Source of the DNA: Psychrobacter sp. HD31
GTDB taxonomy: Bacteria > Pseudomonadota > Gammaproteobacteria > Pseudomonadales > Moraxellaceae
NCBI RefSeq assembly: GCF_051097895.1
Contig: NZ_CP142525.1
Coordinates: 1,980,001-2,012,000, forward strand
DNA: 32,000 nt
Direction of reading: 5' to 3'
Below the pieces are notes generated by a model. The model saw only the letters and a program-made list of their open reading frames with translations. It was not told where the DNA came from and did not search any database. Position numbers and translations under genes: made by a program. Shown one piece after another: positions 28,324 to 32,000 of this stretch; the stretch's first letter is position 1; each line of letters starts with the position of its first letter.

Positions 28324-28352
28324 CTTGAAAAACCTGTGCACAGTCCTTATTT
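28324..28352 (+). promoter_or_regulatory. Sigma32 (heat-shock) type promoter of htpG
   Basis: CTTGAAA (28324-28330), 14-nt spacer, CCTTATTT (28345-28352), compared with the E. coli sigma32 consensus CTTGAAA-N13-15-CCCCATNT. It is 58 nt upstream of the htpG ATG. htpG is a classical sigma32 regulon member. Confidence 0.6.
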
Positions 28353-28409
28353 GATTAAGTAATCGAATTTTATTAACGATAAAACTTAAAAAAATAGGAG
28401 TCAGTATTT

Positions 28410-30359
28410 ATGGCAACCCAACATCAATTTGAAGCTGAAGTTGCTCAGCTACTAAAGCTTGTTACCCACTCACTGTATTCAAATGCAGATATTTTTGTAC
28501 GTGAATTGGTCTCAAATGCCTCTGATGCTTGCGACAAGCTACGTTTTGAAGGCAACACCGATGACAGTTTGTTTGAAGGTGATAGTGAGTTAAAAATTCG
28601 CTTAGACATTGATAGCGATGCAAAAACCATTACCATTGCTGATAATGGCATCGGCATGAATGAGGCAGACGTCATTGACAACCTAGGTACGATTGCAAAG
28701 TCAGGTACAAAAGCATTCTTAGAGCAATTATCAGAAGATAAAAAACAAGATGGTAACCTAATCGGTCAATTCGGTGTTGGTTTCTATTCTGGATTTATCG
28801 TTGCTGACCAAATCACAGTAGAAACTCGCAAAGCTGGCGAAGCTTCAGACCAAGGCGTACGTTGGGTATCTGATGGTACTGGCGCTTATACCACTGAAAG
28901 CATCGAAAAGGCAGAGCGTGGCACAACCATCACATTGCATTTAAAAGAGGAGTACAATGGTGACTCTGATAACGAAGACAGTGCAGAGCAAAACTACCTA
29001 GACCGTGCGAAATTAAAGCGTTTGGTTAATAAATATTCTGACCACATCAGTTTGCCGATTCAAATGCGTAAAGAAGTATGGCAAGAAGAGGTTAAAGAAG
29101 AAGGTGATGATTCAGATACGCCAGCAGGTGGCGAATATGTCATTACCGATGAATGGGAAACCATAAACCAAGCCACTGCGCTATGGACGAAGTCAACCAG
29201 TGACATCGAAGATGAAGAATATCAAGAATTCTACAAAAACATCTCTAACGACTACAATGAGCCATTGGCATGGACGCACAACCGTGTTGAAGGTCGTGTA
29301 CAATTTACTCAGTTGTTATATATTCCAAAGAAAGCACCATTTGACCTATACGCTCGTGAGCAACAACATGGTTTAAAACTGTATGTTAAACGTGTGTTTA
29401 TTATGGATGACGCTGAGCAGCTATTGCCAATGTATCTGCGTTTTGTTAAGGGTGTAATTGATTCAGCTGACCTACCACTAAACGTTAGCCGTGAGCTATT
29501 GCAAGAAAGCCGTGATGTGAAGTCTATCCGTGAAGGTAACTCTCGCCGTGTGTTGACCTTGTTAGCCAGCCTTGCGAATAGTGAAGACAGTGACAAGCAA
29601 GCCAAGTTTGCTGAGTTTTATGCAGAATTTGGTGATGTGGTTAAAGAAGGCTTGGGCGAAGATATGAAAAACCAAGCTCGTATTGCCAAGCTACTTCGTT
29701 ATGCAACCAATACCAATGATGGACTAGAAACAGGCTTTGCGGACTACAAAGAACGCATGATTGACGGGCAAAAAGCCATCTACTATCTCACAGCAGATAA
29801 TCTAACAGCTGCTAAAAACAGTCCACAACTTGAGATGTTTAAGAAAAAAGGCATCGAAGTTATCTTAATGACCAGCCGTGTAGACGAATGGGCAATGAAC
29901 TTCTTACATGAGTTTGATGGCACGCCACTGCAAAATATCGCTAAAGGGGCGGTAGACTTAAGTGATTTGACGGATGATGCTGAAAAAGAAGAAGCAGAAA
30001 AAGCTGCTGACACTATGAAGCCAGTGGTTGATAAACTAAAATCTGCTCTTGGTGAACGTGCGAGTGATGTTAAAGTGTCTAACCGTTTGGTAGACAGTCC
30101 AGCTTGTTTGGTCGTTGGTGATGGTGAGATGACCCCACAAATGATTCAGATGCTTAAGCAAATGGGACAAGATGTACCAGATGTTAAACCAACGCTTGAG
30201 GTTAACCCAACTCACCCATTGATTCAAAAGCTTGAAAGCAGTGAACAGTTTGATGACTTAGCTCAAGTTATCTTTGACCAAGCATTGATTGCTGATGGTG
30301 GTCAACTGGATGACCCAGCTGGGTATATTAAGCGAGTGAATGAGCTATTGATGAAGTAG
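28410..30359 (+). CDS. htpG: Molecular chaperone HtpG (Hsp90)
   Basis: 649 aa. [41 protein letters not shown] and LNVSRE.LQ are Hsp90 signatures. AGGAG SD upstream. Confidence 0.98.
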   Translation: MATQHQFEAEVAQLLKLVTHSLYSNADIFVRELVSNASDACDKLRFEGNTDDSLFEGDSELKIRLDIDSDAKTITIADNGIGMNEADVIDNLGTIAKSGTKAFLEQLSEDKKQDGNLIGQFGVGFYSGFIVADQITVETRKAGEASDQGVRWVSDGTGAYTTESIEKAERGTTITLHLKEEYNGDSDNEDSAEQNYLDRAKLKRLVNKYSDHISLPIQMRKEVWQEEVKEEGDDSDTPAGGEYVITDEWETINQATALWTKSTSDIEDEEYQEFYKNISNDYNEPLAWTHNRVEGRVQFTQLLYIPKKAPFDLYAREQQHGLKLYVKRVFIMDDAEQLLPMYLRFVKGVIDSADLPLNVSRELLQESRDVKSIREGNSRRVLTLLASLANSEDSDKQAKFAEFYAEFGDVVKEGLGEDMKNQARIAKLLRYATNTNDGLETGFADYKERMIDGQKAIYYLTADNLTAAKNSPQLEMFKKKGIEVILMTSRVDEWAMNFLHEFDGTPLQNIAKGAVDLSDLTDDAEKEEAEKAADTMKPVVDKLKSALGERASDVKVSNRLVDSPACLVVGDGEMTPQMIQMLKQMGQDVPDVKPTLEVNPTHPLIQKLESSEQFDDLAQVIFDQALIADGGQLDDPAGYIKRVNELLMK

Positions 30360-30382
30360 TTTTGATAGAGTTGTTTAAAAAT

Positions 30383-30412
30383 AAAAAACCAAGCTTTAAA
30401 GCTTGGTTTTTT
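30383..30412. terminator. Bidirectional terminator between convergent htpG and the lipoprotein gene
   Basis: Perfect 30-nt palindrome AAAAAACCAAGCTTTAAAGCTTGGTTTTTT: a CCAAGC/GCTTGG stem flanked by A6 and T6. Confidence 0.8.
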
Positions 30413-30421
30413 CATGAGTTA

Positions 30422-31117
30422 TTACTGAATTTTTACTTTAAATTCATCATTTGTCAAAGTAGATAATGCTGGAATGAACTTTTCCATACAAGTGTCAATA
30501 ACCTCACTCTTTAAGTTTGCTACTTTTTGATAGTTATTTGCTTTCCACTCTTCTAATGGCAGCTCTTCAGATCGATATTCACAATAGATATGTCGTTTCC
30601 TTATTACTTCTTGATTACCAAACAAACCTTTCTGAATAGAGTTTTCATCACGAGACAGTTTTGCACCAAACGTTAATTGATAATTCGTATTACCATTAAC
30701 ATAAACAATTTTCCATAAAGGGGTAGCATTAGATAAAATAATCGGAGAAAGGTATTCATCAAGTTTTTTATCTTGTGATTCTAGCCTCTTTTTTAAAGAT
30801 GAATTGATATCGTAGATAGGGTTTTCTAAGACGGAGGTATCATTGGTATCAATAATTTTTTTACCAATTAAATCATCTTTTGTAAAAGTGCTTGCACTGC
30901 CAGTACCAACCAGAAAGTTTAGTACTTGACCTACAGCGGCACTGCTACGTTGCCCTTTCGTTACGATAGTTAGATCGCTTAATCGATGGTCAGTTTCAAA
31001 TTTAAAAGTGTTTGCATAATTAATTACAGGTTTGATATCAGATTTTGGGGTCGTTACACAGCCTGAAACTGTTGATAAAAGAAAAACTGTTGAAGTTATT
31101 AGAAGAATTTTTTTCAT
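30422..31117 (-). CDS. Putative lipoprotein, function unknown
   Basis: 231 aa. MKKILLITSTVFLLSTVSGC is a signal peptide with a lipobox (VSG|C). I do not recognise the mature domain. The gene looks noticeably more AT-rich than its neighbours (by eye). Confidence 0.7.
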   Translation of the reverse strand: MKKILLITSTVFLLSTVSGCVTTPKSDIKPVINYANTFKFETDHRLSDLTIVTKGQRSSAAVGQVLNFLVGTGSASTFTKDDLIGKKIIDTNDTSVLENPIYDINSSLKKRLESQDKKLDEYLSPIILSNATPLWKIVYVNGNTNYQLTFGAKLSRDENSIQKGLFGNQEVIRKRHIYCEYRSEELPLEEWKANNYQKVANLKSEVIDTCMEKFIPALSTLTNDEFKVKIQ

Positions 31118-31170
31118 ATAAAATGCCTTATTTATTGGTGATATAAATTAGTATTAAGGGTATCATATTA

Positions 31171-31482
31171 ATTTTGCGTTTCAAAATATCCACGTTTCAA
31201 TACCGATATGTAAGTAGCTTTTAAAACATTGAAACAAACTACTTCTTGTAACTTTTTGACTTTATAAATAAAAATCGTATTTTTAGTTTAAAATTGAATA
31301 GGTTTCTTAATTGTAAAGTCAGTTCCTACTAAATTGCGAAAAATCATTAAAAATGAATTCTTAGGCGCATTATAGTTATCAACGACCTTCATCGCATGGA
31401 TAAAGTGCTCATATTTAGTTGGTAAGAAATGTGCCAAATCAAATCCATTTTCTACAATTAGTATTTTTCTAGTTCCGCTCAT
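31171..31482 (-). pseudogene. Truncated AbiH-like (abortive infection family) gene remnant
   Basis: The 64-aa ORF (31288-31482) begins MSGTRKILIVENGFDLAHFLPTKYEHFI. This matches the N-terminal GNGFDLAHGLPTSY.DF signature I associate with the AbiH family (Pfam PF14253), whose members are several-fold longer. After the TAA at 31288-31290 the same frame stays open for 39 more codons (to the stop at 31168-31170), and then the next gene's promoter region begins. The bulk of the protein is missing. Confidence 0.45.
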
Positions 31483-31758
31483 GATATACAGTTGCCTAAT
31501 GACTTTAAATTACTTTATCCTACAAGAATCTCTTTGAGATGTCACTTAGAAAAAGATAGAGATTAAAGGAAACTAAAGATCAATAAACATATTTTAATTT
31601 ATTACATGCTGTGAAATAATTTTTGTAATAAAATACATTTTAAACCAAATGGTTATCTAATAAAATCAAACTACTTTTACTGAGTATCGATACATATCAT
31701 TTGGTGTTTGGCAATATGATATACTTTCATTTCATTAATCCAGAAAAAACGAGAAAAA

Positions 31759-32000
31759 ATGACAAAACCAAATTTACCCCTACTAAAATGGGCAGCATTA
31801 TTTGAAGGCAGTTCATTACTGCTACTTATTTTTATCGCAATGCCACTAAAGTACATGGCTGCAATACCCACAGCGGTAAAAATAGTAGGACCAATTCATG
31901 GTTTTTTATTCTTAAGCTTTGTGGCAATCATCTTATCTTATATGCTGAAACGAAAATTGGCTGCCACAACAACTTTAATTGGCTTGGTGTCTGCCTTTAT
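31759..32000 (+). CDS. DUF3817-family small integral membrane protein, 5' part (runs off window)
   Basis: Absent from the ORF track because there is no stop in the window. ATG 31759 reads MTKPNLPLLKWAALFEGSSLLLLIFIAMPLKYMAAIPTAVKIVGPIHGFLFLSFVAIILSYMLKRKL..., matching the conserved FLEG.S.LLL..IAMPLKY....P.AV..VG..HG.LF pattern of DUF3817 proteins. Confidence 0.65.
   Translation, partial: MTKPNLPLLKWAALFEGSSLLLLIFIAMPLKYMAAIPTAVKIVGPIHGFLFLSFVAIILSYMLKRKLAATTTLIGLVSAF

Noticed and set aside
31677-31871. 64-aa ORF on the minus strand
   Set aside because: It overlaps the plus-strand DUF3817 gene, which starts at 31759 and has a clear family signature. The minus-strand product has no recognisable features.
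1-32000. Search for an intact novel multi-gene system (defence island, toxin-antitoxin pair, CRISPR-Cas, retron, secretion or biosynthetic cluster, prophage, integron, transposon)
   Set aside because: About 29 kb of the window is accounted for by recognisable housekeeping genes in conserved order with short junctions. I saw no integrase, transposase or recombinase, no terminal inverted repeats, no tRNA attachment site, and no repeat-spacer array. The only defence-like signal is a truncated AbiH-like fragment. Claiming a new system here would be unsupported.

Overview
This 32 kb window is conserved chromosomal core from an AT-rich gammaproteobacterium. GC content was not computed. The ribosomal proteins look most like Moraxellaceae (Acinetobacter, Psychrobacter or Moraxella type), judged by eye and recalled sequences only; the genus cannot be determined here. 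Gene order: gatA (5' end) and gatC (-); mreB-mreC-mreD-maf-rng (+); the contiguous S10, spc and alpha ribosomal operons (+), which total 28 genes including secY, rpoA and rpmJ (rpmJ is too short for the ORF track); yciO-epmC (-); yceD-rpmF, fabD-fabG and ispH (+); an oleate hydratase (-); htpG behind a sigma32-type promoter (+); a lipoprotein of unknown function and a truncated AbiH-like remnant (-); and the 5' end of a DUF3817 membrane protein (+). Several ORF-track starts are over-extended and were corrected from Shine-Dalgarno (SD) spacing and remembered homolog N-termini: rplV, rplN, rplE, rpmD, secY, rpsM, rpoA, rpmF, epmC, mreC and the oleate hydratase. I found no intact novel multi-gene system, defence island, CRISPR array, mobile element, or tRNA/rRNA gene, and I do not want to manufacture one. 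Five things deserve a second look. (1) A 173-nt spacer with two terminator hairpins and an extended -10 box splits the spc operon between rpsH and rplF. (2) A two-variant 9-bp tandem repeat fills the epmC/yceD divergent promoter region. (3) RNase G carries a low-complexity insertion of about 130-150 aa. (4) A small AT-rich accessory patch lies downstream of htpG (unknown lipoprotein plus AbiH-like remnant). (5) The rpmF/fab neighbourhood is remodelled: no plsX, fabH or acpP, and unusually long hairpins. All functional readings of these are inference.
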